Translations under genes and position numbers: made by a program
From: Dehalococcoidia bacterium
GTDB lineage: Bacteria > Chloroflexota > Dehalococcoidia > Lucifugimonadales > CATQGZ01
Assembly (NCBI GenBank): GCA_965223945.1
Contig: CBDCXW010000008.1
Coordinates: forward strand, 1,062,794 to 1,126,793
DNA length: 64,000 nt
Direction: 5' to 3'
The notes under the pieces: model-generated
Database searches by the model: none
What the model saw: the letters and a program-made list of their open reading frames with translations, nothing else
What the model was told of the DNA's origin: nothing
Part shown: positions 52,662 to 62,856 of the stretch, piece by piece
Position numbering within the stretch: the first letter of the stretch is position 1
Layout: each line of letters begins with the position of its first letter

Positions 52662-53333
52662 ATGCTTCGGACCCCCCATGCCGCCCGTATCGGACCAGTG
52701 TCTGTTGTGATCCAAGGCCGTATGGACGAGGCGTCGTCCGCGGCCATTCGGCGCGTTCTGTCCGAGACTCCTCCCAAGAGTATCGAAGAGCCTTCCATGA
52801 TCCCCGCCGCGGTGATGCTCCTGCTCTATCCGAAAGGGCAAGACTACTGTGTCCTGCTCAATAAGCGCACACAGCTCGTCGAGCACCACAAGGGCGAGAT
52901 ATCGTTCCCCGGTGGGCGCATGGACGATGAGGACGAGAGCCTGCTGGACACCGCCCTACGGGAGACGCACGAGGAGATGGGAATCGAACCGGGAGACGTG
53001 CGGGTCCTGGGGCGGGTCGACGACATGCCGACCAACTCGAACTACCTGATGAGCACGTTCGTAGGCACAATTCCGTACCCCTATGACTTCGCGCCGAGTG
53101 AGTTCGAGGTGGCCGAGATTCTGGAGGCGCCGATAGCGGAGCTCACCGACCCGCGCAGCTTCAAGTTCGAAGTGCGGACCTTTGATGACCAGCCGCTGGA
53201 GTGTCCGGAGTTCAACTATCGAGGCCATAGGGTATGGGGAGCGACGGGCCGGGTCCTGAACAACTTTCTGAGGAAGCTAGACAAGGTGCCTGTCGAGGAG
53301 GCCCCGTGGCGGAAGAGCCACTTCAAAACCTAG
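52662..53333 (+). CDS. NUDIX hydrolase, CoA-pyrophosphatase-like
   Basis: GEISFPGGRMDDEDESLLDTALRETHEEMGI is a Nudix box preceded by an LLNKRT motif typical of the NudL/CoA pyrophosphatase group. ATG at 52722 is an alternative start. Confidence 0.8.
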   Translation: MLRTPHAARIGPVSVVIQGRMDEASSAAIRRVLSETPPKSIEEPSMIPAAVMLLLYPKGQDYCVLLNKRTQLVEHHKGEISFPGGRMDDEDESLLDTALRETHEEMGIEPGDVRVLGRVDDMPTNSNYLMSTFVGTIPYPYDFAPSEFEVAEILEAPIAELTDPRSFKFEVRTFDDQPLECPEFNYRGHRVWGATGRVLNNFLRKLDKVPVEEAPWRKSHFKT

Positions 53334-53350
53334 AGGCTCTCCGCGAGGAG

Positions 53351-56300
53351 ATGGGGCGGTTCCCCGCCGCGCTCGCGACGGAGTTCGATCGCGCCCGCGA
53401 CCGGGTGCCGGACTCGATTACGGAGAGTCAGGCCGCGCTCTGGATGAGGACGGGCATCGAGATCGCCGAGCAGACTGTGCGCTCGTGGGAGGCCGCCGCG
53501 CACTATTACTCGGTCAGCCCCGCGGTAATGTCCTACATGCCTTTCAACTACTTCGCGCGTTGGGCGGAGTGCGGCAGCTCACTGTGCCGTGAGTCTCCGA
53601 CTCTTGCCTCGGCCTTCTTCGAGGCAAGTCCGGGTCTGACGGCCAAGCTCAGGTCGCGCCACATCGAGGCGTGGGCAGGACTGGGTCGGAGTCTGTACAA
53701 GGGCACCTGGAAGTCCAGCACGCTGGCGTGCAAGTTCTTCGAGGCGAGCCCGGACTTGGTCGAGAGCTTGACCTTCCCGCAGCTTGAGAGGTTCGTGTCC
53801 TTCCTGGACGCGCTGTCCCATCGCTCTTACGACCTCTCCGCGGAGTGCCTCGGCCTCGGCCGGCAGATATTCCCGCTCATGGGCGAGGACAAGGACGCCT
53901 TCATCGGGCTGGCCTCGACCCTTGTCGAGACATCGTGGCGCGAGGTCAAGACCTTCTTCGACGCGGGCTCCAGGGCGCTGCCGAGAATCGACCCGGCTGA
54001 GCGGATGCGTTTCCTGCGGCTGGCCAGGCATCTGGTCAACTCGGGGGGCTCCAACGTCCCTTTGCTGATGCTGGAGATGTCTCAATCGCTGGACCAGATC
54101 AAGCGAGAGCAGCACGCTGGCATACTCGCTCTGGCCGAATCTCTGGCCGACGTGTCTCCGGCCGCCGTCGCGGAGTTCGTCAAGGGGACGCCCCTGGTGC
54201 TGGACAAGATCAGTCCGAGCCAGCTCCAGGACTGGTTCGACCAGGGTGTGCGAACCCTCAAGCAGAACGCCGACGGTGGCATGGCGTACTTCAAGATGGA
54301 GTCGGCGCGAGCCGAGGAGGCCCTGGAGGCCATATCCTCGCGTGTCGAGTTCGACCGGGTCAAGGACGTCATGGAGATGTACTGCCGCGCGCTGGCGGGT
54401 GCCGAGGTGAAGCTGGCCGTGACGGATGACCTTGTCGAAAAGAACATCGGCTGGGTCTCCAACGAGTCCCCTTCCACGGAGGGGTCGACCGTGTTCGTCC
54501 CGACGGTGATCGACCGCTACTCGTCTAAGGGTGAGAACTTCGCGTGGCTCAAGGTGGTCTCGACGCATCAGGTGGCTCACCTGGAGTTCGGCAGCTTCGG
54601 GTTCCAGTTCGACACGCCGTCACCTCTATTCGACGACGCCCGGCAGGTCGTAGAGGAGCGTCGCCGGGAGCTGGCGGCATCCGATGATCAGGACGGCGCG
54701 TCGAAGCCCGACTACGCCACGGACGCGCAGCGGTTCTTCAACCTCTTCGAGGACAGGAAGCTCGCCCTGGACATCTTCACGGTGGTGGAGGATGGACGCC
54801 TCGACTCCCGCGTAAAGGCGGGATACTGGGGTATCCGCAAGTCTTACGCCCGAGTGCAGCTCGACTCGCTGAGGGACAGGCCGAACATCAAGGAGCTGCC
54901 CGGCAGGGAAGCTCTCGTCGAGTTCTTAGTACGTCTGAGCCTTCAGCAGTACCGCGGCCTGCCTGCCCCGAAGTCTCATGTGCGGGAGGCGCGCAGGATC
55001 GCGCGCATCGCGAAGCGTGTGCTCTCGCCGACGGCGACAGTCGAGGACGTGGCCGAGGCGACACTCCGCATTTACGCCCTGATCTCTCGCATCCCCAACG
55101 AGCAGATCCCTCCTGAGGAATGGGAAGATGTTGACGTGGGGGAGAGCGACGAGGAGTACGAGGAAGTCGAAGGCATGGAACAGCTCCTCAGTCAGATGGC
55201 CCAGGGTCTGGACATGGACATGCGGCCCGGCGAAGAGGAGGAGTTCGACTCGTCCCAGGAGGTCGGTTTCAGAGGAGACTTCAAGCCTGAGCTGGTCCAG
55301 CTTCTGGCCCAGCTGCGAATGCAGGAAGGGCAGGGCGGCCAGGAGGGAGCCGAGCCGATCTCCCAGGAAGCCCTTGAGGAGATGCTCAAGAACACGGCGG
55401 AGCTGGACCTAGAGGCGGTGCAGGGAGAGGTCCAGAGCGCCACCGGGTTCGCCAATAACATCCTCCAGGAGGCGGGCGCGAGCCTGCCGGACAACGCCCA
55501 GTCGGGTACGGGCCCCCTGACGCACGCCGATGAAGACGGCGGCTCGCTCAATCCCGACGAGCCCCAGACCTTTGTCTACGACGAGTGGGACTTCAGGGCC
55601 GACGACTATAAGCCGCGATGGTGCATAGTCCGGCAGAAGACGATGGCCGAGGGGGACCCTGCCTTCTATGGGGCTACGCTGCACAGCTACGGCGCCCTGG
55701 TCGGAAAGGTCCGGCGTCAATTCGAGCTGATGGTGCCCGAGACCTTCCGGAGGGTGCGGAAGCTCGAGGACGGCGAAGAGATCGACATAGACGACGTCGT
55801 AGAGGCGATGGTCGATATCAAGAGCGGTGTCAGCCCCAGCGACAAGCTCTACTGGCGGCGAAACAAGGTCCAACGGGATGTTTCAGTCGCCTTCCTGCTG
55901 GACACGAGCGCGTCGACGGCGGAGGCCATCGACGAGGGCAAGCGCGCTCCAGAGGACTGGGGCGCCCCGGACGACCCGGTCGAGTACATGGTCTGGCTTC
56001 GGACCCGGCGCGGCGAGGCGGTCAAGCGCAGCTACAAGAGAATAATCGACGTCGAGAAAGAAGCCATCGTGCTTCTCATCCACGCGCTTGAGGCCATCGG
56101 CGACATCTACGGGATATACGGCTTCTCCGGCTACGGGCGTGAGAACGTCGAGTTCTACACCATCAAGGACCTCGACGAGAACTTCTCGGACAGAGTCAAG
56201 AAGAGGATAGACCGTGTCGCGCCGCTGCACGCGACGCGCATGGGGCCGGCGATCAGGCATGCGACGACCAAGCTGACCGAGCAGGACGCCAAGACGAAGC

Positions 56301-56563
56301 TGCTGTTCCTGATCAGCGACGGCCGGCCACAGGACCGCGGCTACAGCCGGGAGGGAGTCGAAAAGGAGTACGCCGTCCACGATACGAAGATGGCGCTCGA
56401 CGAGGCGCGGTACCAGGATATCAACGCCTTCTGCCTGACCGTAGACAAGAACGGCCACGACTATCTGAAGACGATGTGCCAGGACATCGGCTACGAGGTC
56501 CTCGACGACATCAACGTCTTGCCTGAAAGGCTGCTCCAGCTCTACCGCCGGCTGACCATGTAG
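53351..56563 (+). CDS. very large vWA-domain protein, NorD/CbbO-like
   Basis: About 1070 aa (start at codon 40 of ORF 53234..56563). The C-terminal vWA has MIDAS LLDTSAST. The N-terminal roughly 700 aa are helical with a repeated FFEASP motif. Acidic insert EEWEDVDVGESDEEYEEVEG. Confidence 0.8.
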   Translation: MGRFPAALATEFDRARDRVPDSITESQAALWMRTGIEIAEQTVRSWEAAAHYYSVSPAVMSYMPFNYFARWAECGSSLCRESPTLASAFFEASPGLTAKLRSRHIEAWAGLGRSLYKGTWKSSTLACKFFEASPDLVESLTFPQLERFVSFLDALSHRSYDLSAECLGLGRQIFPLMGEDKDAFIGLASTLVETSWREVKTFFDAGSRALPRIDPAERMRFLRLARHLVNSGGSNVPLLMLEMSQSLDQIKREQHAGILALAESLADVSPAAVAEFVKGTPLVLDKISPSQLQDWFDQGVRTLKQNADGGMAYFKMESARAEEALEAISSRVEFDRVKDVMEMYCRALAGAEVKLAVTDDLVEKNIGWVSNESPSTEGSTVFVPTVIDRYSSKGENFAWLKVVSTHQVAHLEFGSFGFQFDTPSPLFDDARQVVEERRRELAASDDQDGASKPDYATDAQRFFNLFEDRKLALDIFTVVEDGRLDSRVKAGYWGIRKSYARVQLDSLRDRPNIKELPGREALVEFLVRLSLQQYRGLPAPKSHVREARRIARIAKRVLSPTATVEDVAEATLRIYALISRIPNEQIPPEEWEDVDVGESDEEYEEVEGMEQLLSQMAQGLDMDMRPGEEEEFDSSQEVGFRGDFKPELVQLLAQLRMQEGQGGQEGAEPISQEALEEMLKNTAELDLEAVQGEVQSATGFANNILQEAGASLPDNAQSGTGPLTHADEDGGSLNPDEPQTFVYDEWDFRADDYKPRWCIVRQKTMAEGDPAFYGATLHSYGALVGKVRRQFELMVPETFRRVRKLEDGEEIDIDDVVEAMVDIKSGVSPSDKLYWRRNKVQRDVSVAFLLDTSASTAEAIDEGKRAPEDWGAPDDPVEYMVWLRTRRGEAVKRSYKRIIDVEKEAIVLLIHALEAIGDIYGIYGFSGYGRENVEFYTIKDLDENFSDRVKKRIDRVAPLHATRMGPAIRHATTKLTEQDAKTKLLFLISDGRPQDRGYSREGVEKEYAVHDTKMALDEARYQDINAFCLTVDKNGHDYLKTMCQDIGYEVLDDINVLPERLLQLYRRLTM

Positions 56564-56609
56564 CCAGAATCAACCATCCCGCGTTTCCATCTCACATCGG
56601 AGGTCGATC

Positions 56610-57566
56610 ATGAAAGTAGCGCTTCAGACCATGCACAGCGACGACGCCTTCGTCGCGGAGCTCACGAGCGAGTTCCCGGAGGTCGAGTTTCGCCCTTCGG
56701 CCAACGAAGAGGATGAGAAAGTCAATATTAAGGATGCCGACGTGTTCTGCGGCGCGCCGTCGCGGGACGTTTTCCTGGCATCCGAGAGGCTTCGCTGGAT
56801 ACAGTGCGTGGGCACCGGTGTGGACATGATCCTGGCCATACCCGAGGTCGTCGATAGCGACGCGGTGCTGACCAACTGCAGGGGGCCGCACGCCGCGCCG
56901 ATGGCGGACCACGTGATGGGCATGGTGGTCATGCTGGCCCACCAGCTCAACGAGATGTGGGACGACCAGCGAGAGCACAGGTGGGAGCCGTCGAAGTACA
57001 ACAACCGTCAGGCCAACCTGACGGGGAGCACCATGGGCATCCTCGCCCTGGGAGACATAGGCACGGCCGTCGCGTGGCGGGCTCACGGATTCGGTATGGA
57101 CGTCTACGCCGTGGACAAGCACCCGAGGCCCGCGCCGCCCGTGGTCGAGGAGGTCTGGGGACTGGACAGGCTCGACGAGCTTCTGTCGATCTCCGACTGG
57201 TTCGTGATCACGGCTCCGCTTACACCAGACACCCGCGGCCTCATCGACAGGCGGCGCGTTGGACTTCTAAAGGACTGCGCGTACGTGATCGCTATCTCGC
57301 GGGGCAACATCATCGACGAGGAGGCACTGATCGAAGGCCTGCGCGCCGGCCGCATAGCCGGAGCGGGCCTGGACGTGATGGCCGTCGAGCCGCTGCCGGC
57401 ATCGAGCCCCCTCTGGGACATGAAGAACGTCGTGCTGTCTCCCCATGCCTCCGCCATGACACCGACGCTGCTGACGGAGCGCAGGGAGATATTCAAAGAG
57501 AACCTGAGCCGCTTCCTGGCGAATCAACCCTTCGTCTACACGGTCGACAAGGGCACCGGCTTCTAG
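56610..57566 (+). CDS. D-isomer-specific 2-hydroxyacid dehydrogenase
   Basis: 318 aa. GILALGDIGTAVA NAD fold and ISRGNIIDEEAL...SPHAS catalytic region. Confidence 0.88.
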   Translation: MKVALQTMHSDDAFVAELTSEFPEVEFRPSANEEDEKVNIKDADVFCGAPSRDVFLASERLRWIQCVGTGVDMILAIPEVVDSDAVLTNCRGPHAAPMADHVMGMVVMLAHQLNEMWDDQREHRWEPSKYNNRQANLTGSTMGILALGDIGTAVAWRAHGFGMDVYAVDKHPRPAPPVVEEVWGLDRLDELLSISDWFVITAPLTPDTRGLIDRRRVGLLKDCAYVIAISRGNIIDEEALIEGLRAGRIAGAGLDVMAVEPLPASSPLWDMKNVVLSPHASAMTPTLLTERREIFKENLSRFLANQPFVYTVDKGTGF

Positions 57567-57609
57567 GGGCTGCTCGGCGCAGCGATATCGGCCCCATAGG
57601 CCCCTTTGG

Positions 57610-57629
57610 GTCCCGGCCAGCGCCGGGAC
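57610..57629. terminator. 8-bp GC hairpin GTCCCGGC-cagc-GCCGGGAC between convergent genes
   Basis: Perfect stem between the dehydrogenase and lepA stops. No U-tract. Confidence 0.3.
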
Positions 57630-57634
57630 GACGG

Positions 57635-59467
57635 CTAGCGCCCTATCTTCAGCACGCCCAGGAAAGCCTCCTGGGGGATCTCGACGCTGCCGACGCGCTT
57701 CATCCGCTTCTTGCCCTCGGCCTGCTTCTCCAGCAGCTTGCGCTTTCGCGTGACGTCGCCCCCATAGCACTTCGCCAGCACGTTCTTGCGGAGCGCGCGG
57801 ATCGTTTCTCTTGCCACGATCCGTCGCCCGATGGCTGCCTGGAGGGGCACCTCGAACAGCTGCCTCGGTATCAGGTCTTTCAGCGTGTTGACGAGGTCCC
57901 TTCCCCGGCTTACCGCCCGGTCTTTGTGAAGGATTACTGACAGGGCGTCCACCGGCTGCCCGTTGACCAGTATGTCCAGACGGACGAGGTCGCCGGCCCT
58001 AGAATCGGCCACGGAGTAGTCCATAGACGCGTACCCCTGAGTCTTCGCCTTGAGCTGGTCATAGAAGCCGACCAGCACCTCGGATAGTGGAGCGGCGTAC
58101 TCCAGGAGGACGCGGCCAGACCCGGACGCGCCGACGGCGTCAGCGCCGTTTTGCTGGAGGTACTCCATTCCCTTGTACTCGCCGCGGCGCTCGTTCAAAA
58201 GGTCGATGACCGCGCCCACGTGGGTCACGGGCAATACAACCCTCACGTCGAGCCAAGGCTCTCTGATCTCGTCTATCTGCTGCACTTCCGGCAGCTTTGA
58301 CGGGCTTTCTATCTCCTGGACGGAGCCGTCGGTGAGCGCGACCTCGTACGCGACGCTCGGCGACGTTGCCAGCAGGTTGAGGTCGTACTCGCGCTCGAGG
58401 CGCTCCTGGATTACGTCCATGTGCAGCAGGCCGAGGAAGCCGCACCGGAAGCCTGACCCGAGTGCGAGCGACGTTTCCGGCTGGAAGCTGAGTGCTGCGT
58501 CGTTGAGCCTTAGCTTCTCAAGGGCGTCCCTCAGCTCTATGTAGCCCTCGCCATCGGCGGGGTACAGGCCTGCGAAGACCATGGGCTTGAGCTCTTGGTA
58601 GCCCGTCAGCGGCTCCAACGCTGGCTTGGACTTCAGCGTGATCGTGTCGCCCACAGGCGCGTCTCCGACGCTCTTCAGTCCGGTTGCGATGTAGCCGACC
58701 TCGCCGGTCTGCAGCAGGTCCACCTTCGTCGGCGCTGGTCGGAAGACGCCCACCTCGAGGACCTCGCTGTTAGAGCCGGCTGACATGAGGCTCACGCGAT
58801 CTGACGATGAGACGCCGCCCTCGAAGACCCGGACATAGGCAATGACCCCCTTGTACGGGTCGTACTTGGAGTCGAATACCAGCGCTCTGAGGCGGTCCGA
58901 CTTACCAGCGCCTGGAGGGGGGATTCGCTGTACGACGGTCTCCAGGAGGTCGTCGACTCCAGATCCGTCCTTTGCCGAGACAGACAGCACCTCGTCCTCC
59001 CGGAAGCCGAACATGTGCCGGAGCTCCTCGGATATGCGATCGGGCTCGGCGGCCTCCAGGTCTATCTTGTTGAGTACGGGGATGATCTCAAGGTCGGACT
59101 CGATGGCCAGGTAGAGATTGGCCACCGTCTGCGCCTGCACGCCCTGGGCGGCGTCGACCACCAGCAACGCCCCTTCGCAGGCGGCAAGGCTGCGCGAGAC
59201 TTCGTATGTAAAGTCGACGTGCCCGGGAGTGTCGATCAGGTTCAACTGGTACTGCTGGCCCGAGCGGCTGCGGTACGCCATTCTGACCGCCTGGGCCTTG
59301 ATGGTGATCCCACGCTCCCGCTCCAGGTCCATGGAGTCGAGGTGCTGGTTCAGCATCTCCCGCGGGGCCACGGTGTCCGTGATCTGGAGCAGGCGGTCGG
59401 CAAGGGTGGACTTGCCGTGGTCTATGTGGGCGATTATGCAGAAGTTGCGAATGAACGCGGGGTCCAT
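57635..59467 (-). CDS. lepA: translation elongation factor 4
   Basis: 610 aa. [28 protein letters not shown], and the LepA C-terminal domain. Confidence 0.97.
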   Translation of the reverse strand: MDPAFIRNFCIIAHIDHGKSTLADRLLQITDTVAPREMLNQHLDSMDLERERGITIKAQAVRMAYRSRSGQQYQLNLIDTPGHVDFTYEVSRSLAACEGALLVVDAAQGVQAQTVANLYLAIESDLEIIPVLNKIDLEAAEPDRISEELRHMFGFREDEVLSVSAKDGSGVDDLLETVVQRIPPPGAGKSDRLRALVFDSKYDPYKGVIAYVRVFEGGVSSSDRVSLMSAGSNSEVLEVGVFRPAPTKVDLLQTGEVGYIATGLKSVGDAPVGDTITLKSKPALEPLTGYQELKPMVFAGLYPADGEGYIELRDALEKLRLNDAALSFQPETSLALGSGFRCGFLGLLHMDVIQERLEREYDLNLLATSPSVAYEVALTDGSVQEIESPSKLPEVQQIDEIREPWLDVRVVLPVTHVGAVIDLLNERRGEYKGMEYLQQNGADAVGASGSGRVLLEYAAPLSEVLVGFYDQLKAKTQGYASMDYSVADSRAGDLVRLDILVNGQPVDALSVILHKDRAVSRGRDLVNTLKDLIPRQLFEVPLQAAIGRRIVARETIRALRKNVLAKCYGGDVTRKRKLLEKQAEGKKRMKRVGSVEIPQEAFLGVLKIGR

Positions 59468-59591
59468 AGATCAATGGTAGCACGCAGAGCGCTGCCCCGC
59501 GCGCTGTCCAGCGCCTGTCGCCGGTCTCGCCTGTCGCCGATCTGTATCGCATTTGGGGTACACTGGCAGAACATGTGGATAGAGGTGCTCT

Positions 59592-59885
59592 ATGGCTAAG
59601 ACCGAAATGATACGCGCCCGCGTGGAACCGGACCTGAAGCGCCAAGCCGAAGAACTCTTCTCGGAACTAGGGCTGTCGACAACGGAGGCGATCACGCTGT
59701 TCTATAAACAGGTGACCGTGCACCGAGGCTTGCCGTTCGATGTGAGGGTGCCCAATGCTGAAACCATTGAAGCGTTACAACAGGCCCGCGATGGGGATGG
59801 GCTCGAGCGACGGTCAATCTGCCAGTCCTCCTCCCGAGGAATTGACTCCCAGAAGCGCGTCGCCTGTGTGAGGACGTACTCATGA
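59592..59885 (+). CDS. RelB/DinJ-family antitoxin, orphan
   Basis: IRARVEPDLKRQAEELFSELGLSTTEAITLFYKQV..GLPFDVRVPN is the DinJ ribbon-helix-helix pattern. The last roughly 25 aa look atypical. No toxin gene follows. Confidence 0.65.
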   Translation: MAKTEMIRARVEPDLKRQAEELFSELGLSTTEAITLFYKQVTVHRGLPFDVRVPNAETIEALQQARDGDGLERRSICQSSSRGIDSQKRVACVRTYS

Positions 59886-59988
59886 GAGCACCTGGCAGGT
59901 TGGACGCGGCTTCCGGCGTTCGGTATCCTATCGGGCGACCAGGATTCGTCTGAGCAACCGCGGGCTCCTGCGGCAAGTCGAGGGTCGG

Positions 59989-60549
59989 GTGGTAGACCAA
60001 CAAAGAATCAGAGAGGCCGTCGCGGCCATTATCGAGGCCTCAGGGGACGATCCTGATCGTGAAGGCCTCAGGGGTACTCCGGGCCGGGTGGCCCGCCTGT
60101 ACGCCGACTTCTTCGCCGGCCTTGACCAGGACCCGCGAGAGGTCCTAAGCACCGGCTTTCAGGAAGACTTCCAGGACATCTTCATCCTGCGGGACATCCC
60201 GTTCTTTTCGATCTGCGAGCACCATCTGCTGCCGATGGTTGGCGAGGCGCACATAGGCTACATCCCCACCGGGCGGATTGTGGGCGCCAGCAAGCTTGCA
60301 CGGGCGCTCGACATTCTCGCGCGGCGTCCCCAGATACAGGAGAGGCTGACGGCGCAGCTCGTGGACGTGATCGACGAAACTGTATCGCCCGACGGTGTTG
60401 GCGCGGTACTGAGCGCGGAGCACATGTGCATGGCCCTCCGCGGCGTGAACAAGCCCGGAAGCAGGATAGTTACCTACTCGACCCGAGGCAGCTTCTCGTC
60501 AGGCGTGTCGACCCGCGAGGACCTCCTGGCGGCGCTGGACCGCTCATAG
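59989..60549 (+). CDS. folE: GTP cyclohydrolase I
   Basis: 186 aa, GTG start. DPDREGLRGTPGRVARLY and FFSICEHHLLP motifs. Confidence 0.93.
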   Translation: MVDQQRIREAVAAIIEASGDDPDREGLRGTPGRVARLYADFFAGLDQDPREVLSTGFQEDFQDIFILRDIPFFSICEHHLLPMVGEAHIGYIPTGRIVGASKLARALDILARRPQIQERLTAQLVDVIDETVSPDGVGAVLSAEHMCMALRGVNKPGSRIVTYSTRGSFSSGVSTREDLLAALDRS

Positions 60550-60550
60550 A

Positions 60551-61528
60551 GTGACCGGCTCCGTCGCGACCGAAAGCTTCGATGATATCGCCGAGCGGTG
60601 GGAGGAGCTCCTACCGCGGTGTTGGACCGATACGGTCTTTGTCACTCACGTGTGGCAGAGTGTCTGGTGGCGCAGTTTCGGCGAGACCTACAACCCCGTA
60701 GTCCTGTCCGTACGGGACGGAGGCCGTGACCTTGGCATCGCTCCACTGATGATCAGGGACGGCGTACTGTCCTTCATCGGCGACGCCGACCTCTTCGACT
60801 ACCACGACTTCCTGGTCCTGAAGGGCTGCGAGGACCGGTTCTACGAGGTGCTGTTCGAGCATCTGGCCGACTTGGAGTGGGAACGCATCGAGCTGAAATC
60901 GGTGCCGCAGAGCTCGCCAACACTGCGCGGGATTGAGGCGGCCGCCGCGAGGGTGGGACTCGGCACGGAAGTCCAGATTGAGGACGTTACGCCAGCGGTC
61001 CTGCTGCCCGACACCTGGGAAGGGTACCTGTCGACGCTCGCCAAGAAGGACCGTCACGAGCTTCGGAGGAAGCTGCGTCGGCTCCACGCGGCCGGCACGG
61101 TGAGGCAGTCCGAGTGCCCAAGCCCGAGTGCTCACGACGACTGCATGAATGACTTCTTCAGGCTTATGAGGGCCAGCAGTCAGGAGAAAGCCGACTTCCT
61201 CACCCCGGAGCGCGAGCGGTTCTTTCGCGCCTTTGCTGCGGAGCTCGCGCCCCGCGGTATGTTCAGGCTCTACTTCCTGGAAGTCGACGGAACCCGCGTC
61301 GCTTCGTGCATCTGCTTCGACCATTCGGGCTCATACTTGCTGTATAATAGCGGCTACGATCCGGAGTACTCCCCCTTGAGCGTCGGACTGCTCAACAAGG
61401 CCCTCTGCATAAAAGAGGCCATTGAAGAGGGGCGAAGAGCCTTCGATTTCTTGAGGGGCTCCGAGCGGTACAAGTACGATCTCGGCGGGACTGACCGGCT
61501 CCTATACCGGATCACCGTGCGTCGATGA
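60551..61528 (+). CDS. CelD/BcsL-like GNAT acyltransferase (FemAB-related fold)
   Basis: 325 aa. ...FLRGSERYKYDLG C-terminal motif typical of the family. Confidence 0.7.
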   Translation: MTGSVATESFDDIAERWEELLPRCWTDTVFVTHVWQSVWWRSFGETYNPVVLSVRDGGRDLGIAPLMIRDGVLSFIGDADLFDYHDFLVLKGCEDRFYEVLFEHLADLEWERIELKSVPQSSPTLRGIEAAAARVGLGTEVQIEDVTPAVLLPDTWEGYLSTLAKKDRHELRRKLRRLHAAGTVRQSECPSPSAHDDCMNDFFRLMRASSQEKADFLTPERERFFRAFAAELAPRGMFRLYFLEVDGTRVASCICFDHSGSYLLYNSGYDPEYSPLSVGLLNKALCIKEAIEEGRRAFDFLRGSERYKYDLGGTDRLLYRITVRR

Positions 61529-61632
61529 GCTGGCGATCCCCGTCCATGGGTGTCCATCGACCTTGAGTCGCCGCAGGTTCTCCATACCGTACACGAGCAC
61601 TCGTCTACGGCCCCACAAAGTGCGAGGCGCCA

Positions 61633-62853
61633 GTGCTTAGAGTCGCGATGCTCAGCTTTCACGGTTGTCCCTTCGCCCGGCTGGGTGAAAAGGACAGCGG
61701 TGGGATGAATGTCTACGTTCTCCAGGTGGCACGCCAGCTTGCCAGGGCTGGAAACCAGGTGGATATCTTCACACGCTGTCACGACCCGGACGACCCGCAG
61801 GTGGTGGACCTCGAGGCGGGCGTCCGCCTCTTTCACCTTCGGGCCGGACCCCTTGACAGCGCCAAGGAGGGCCTCTACGAGCACGTCCCAGAGTTTCTGA
61901 CCAATCTGCTCGCCTTCCACGATGAGGCGGGAGTGGCGTACGATGTCGTCCACAGCCACTACTGGCTGTCCGGCCCGGTTGGCGAGATACTGAGCAGCAG
62001 ATGGAACGTGCCCCACGTCGTCACCTTCCACACATTGGCCAAGACCAAGAAGATGGCCCGTCCCGGGGAGGTAGAACCTCCGCAACGCGCAGTTGTTGAG
62101 CAGGGGATTGTGGATACGGCGAGCGCGGTCGTGGTGTCTACGGATCATGAAGGGGATGCGATTCGAAGTTTCTATGGGCGATCGGACCGGAACATCAAGA
62201 CGATTCCCGCAGGGGTAGATCTCGACCTCTTCAGACCCATGCCGAAGCGTGCAGCCCGAGCGGCTCTCGGCCTGAACGGAGAGAAGGTGGTGTTGTACGT
62301 CGGCAGATTGGAGCCCCTAAAGGGTGTGGACATTCTGATTGAAGCCCTGTCGCGCCTCGATGACCGGCACAGCACCAGGCTCATGGTCGTCGGCGGAAGC
62401 CTCGGAGACGCCGAGCTGCTCCGTCTCAAGTCCTCGGCTGATCGGCTGGGATTGAGTGACAGAGTCACATTCACCGGCTCGGTCGATCAGAAGAAGCTCC
62501 CGCTCTACTACAACGCGGCTGACGTGTTCGCCCTTCCCTCCTATTATGAGAGCTTCGGCCTTGTGGCTCTGGAGGCGATGGCGTGTGCCACACCGGTGGT
62601 CGCTTCGAGGGTCGGCGGCCTCGGCGCCTTTGTCAAGGATGGCCTGAGCGGCTACCTGATACCCCGCCGGTGTCCTGACCCGTTCGCCCATCGGCTGGAC
62701 ATGCTGCTGGCGAACCCTGCTCTCAGAGAGAACATGGGTATGGCCGGCCGGGCTGCGGCACTCGAAATGAACTGGAGCCGCACTGCAGACAGGCTGGCCG
62801 ACCTGTATAGAGACTTGAAAAGCCCGGTTGCTGAGTGCATGGCAGGAGCTTGA
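61633..62853 (+). CDS. GT4-family glycosyltransferase (MshA/BshA-like)
   Basis: RVAMLSFHGCPFARLGEKDSGGMNVYV N-terminus, with ESFGLVALEAMACATPVVASRVGG as the E-x7-E region. Confidence 0.85.
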   Translation: MLRVAMLSFHGCPFARLGEKDSGGMNVYVLQVARQLARAGNQVDIFTRCHDPDDPQVVDLEAGVRLFHLRAGPLDSAKEGLYEHVPEFLTNLLAFHDEAGVAYDVVHSHYWLSGPVGEILSSRWNVPHVVTFHTLAKTKKMARPGEVEPPQRAVVEQGIVDTASAVVVSTDHEGDAIRSFYGRSDRNIKTIPAGVDLDLFRPMPKRAARAALGLNGEKVVLYVGRLEPLKGVDILIEALSRLDDRHSTRLMVVGGSLGDAELLRLKSSADRLGLSDRVTFTGSVDQKKLPLYYNAADVFALPSYYESFGLVALEAMACATPVVASRVGGLGAFVKDGLSGYLIPRRCPDPFAHRLDMLLANPALRENMGMAGRAAALEMNWSRTADRLADLYRDLKSPVAECMAGA

Positions 62854-62856
62854 TCC

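Noticed and set aside
59886-59988. A possible RelE/YafQ toxin remnant after dinJ.
   Set aside because: None of the three frames gives a recognisable toxin motif, and one frame simply runs into folE. The evidence is insufficient.
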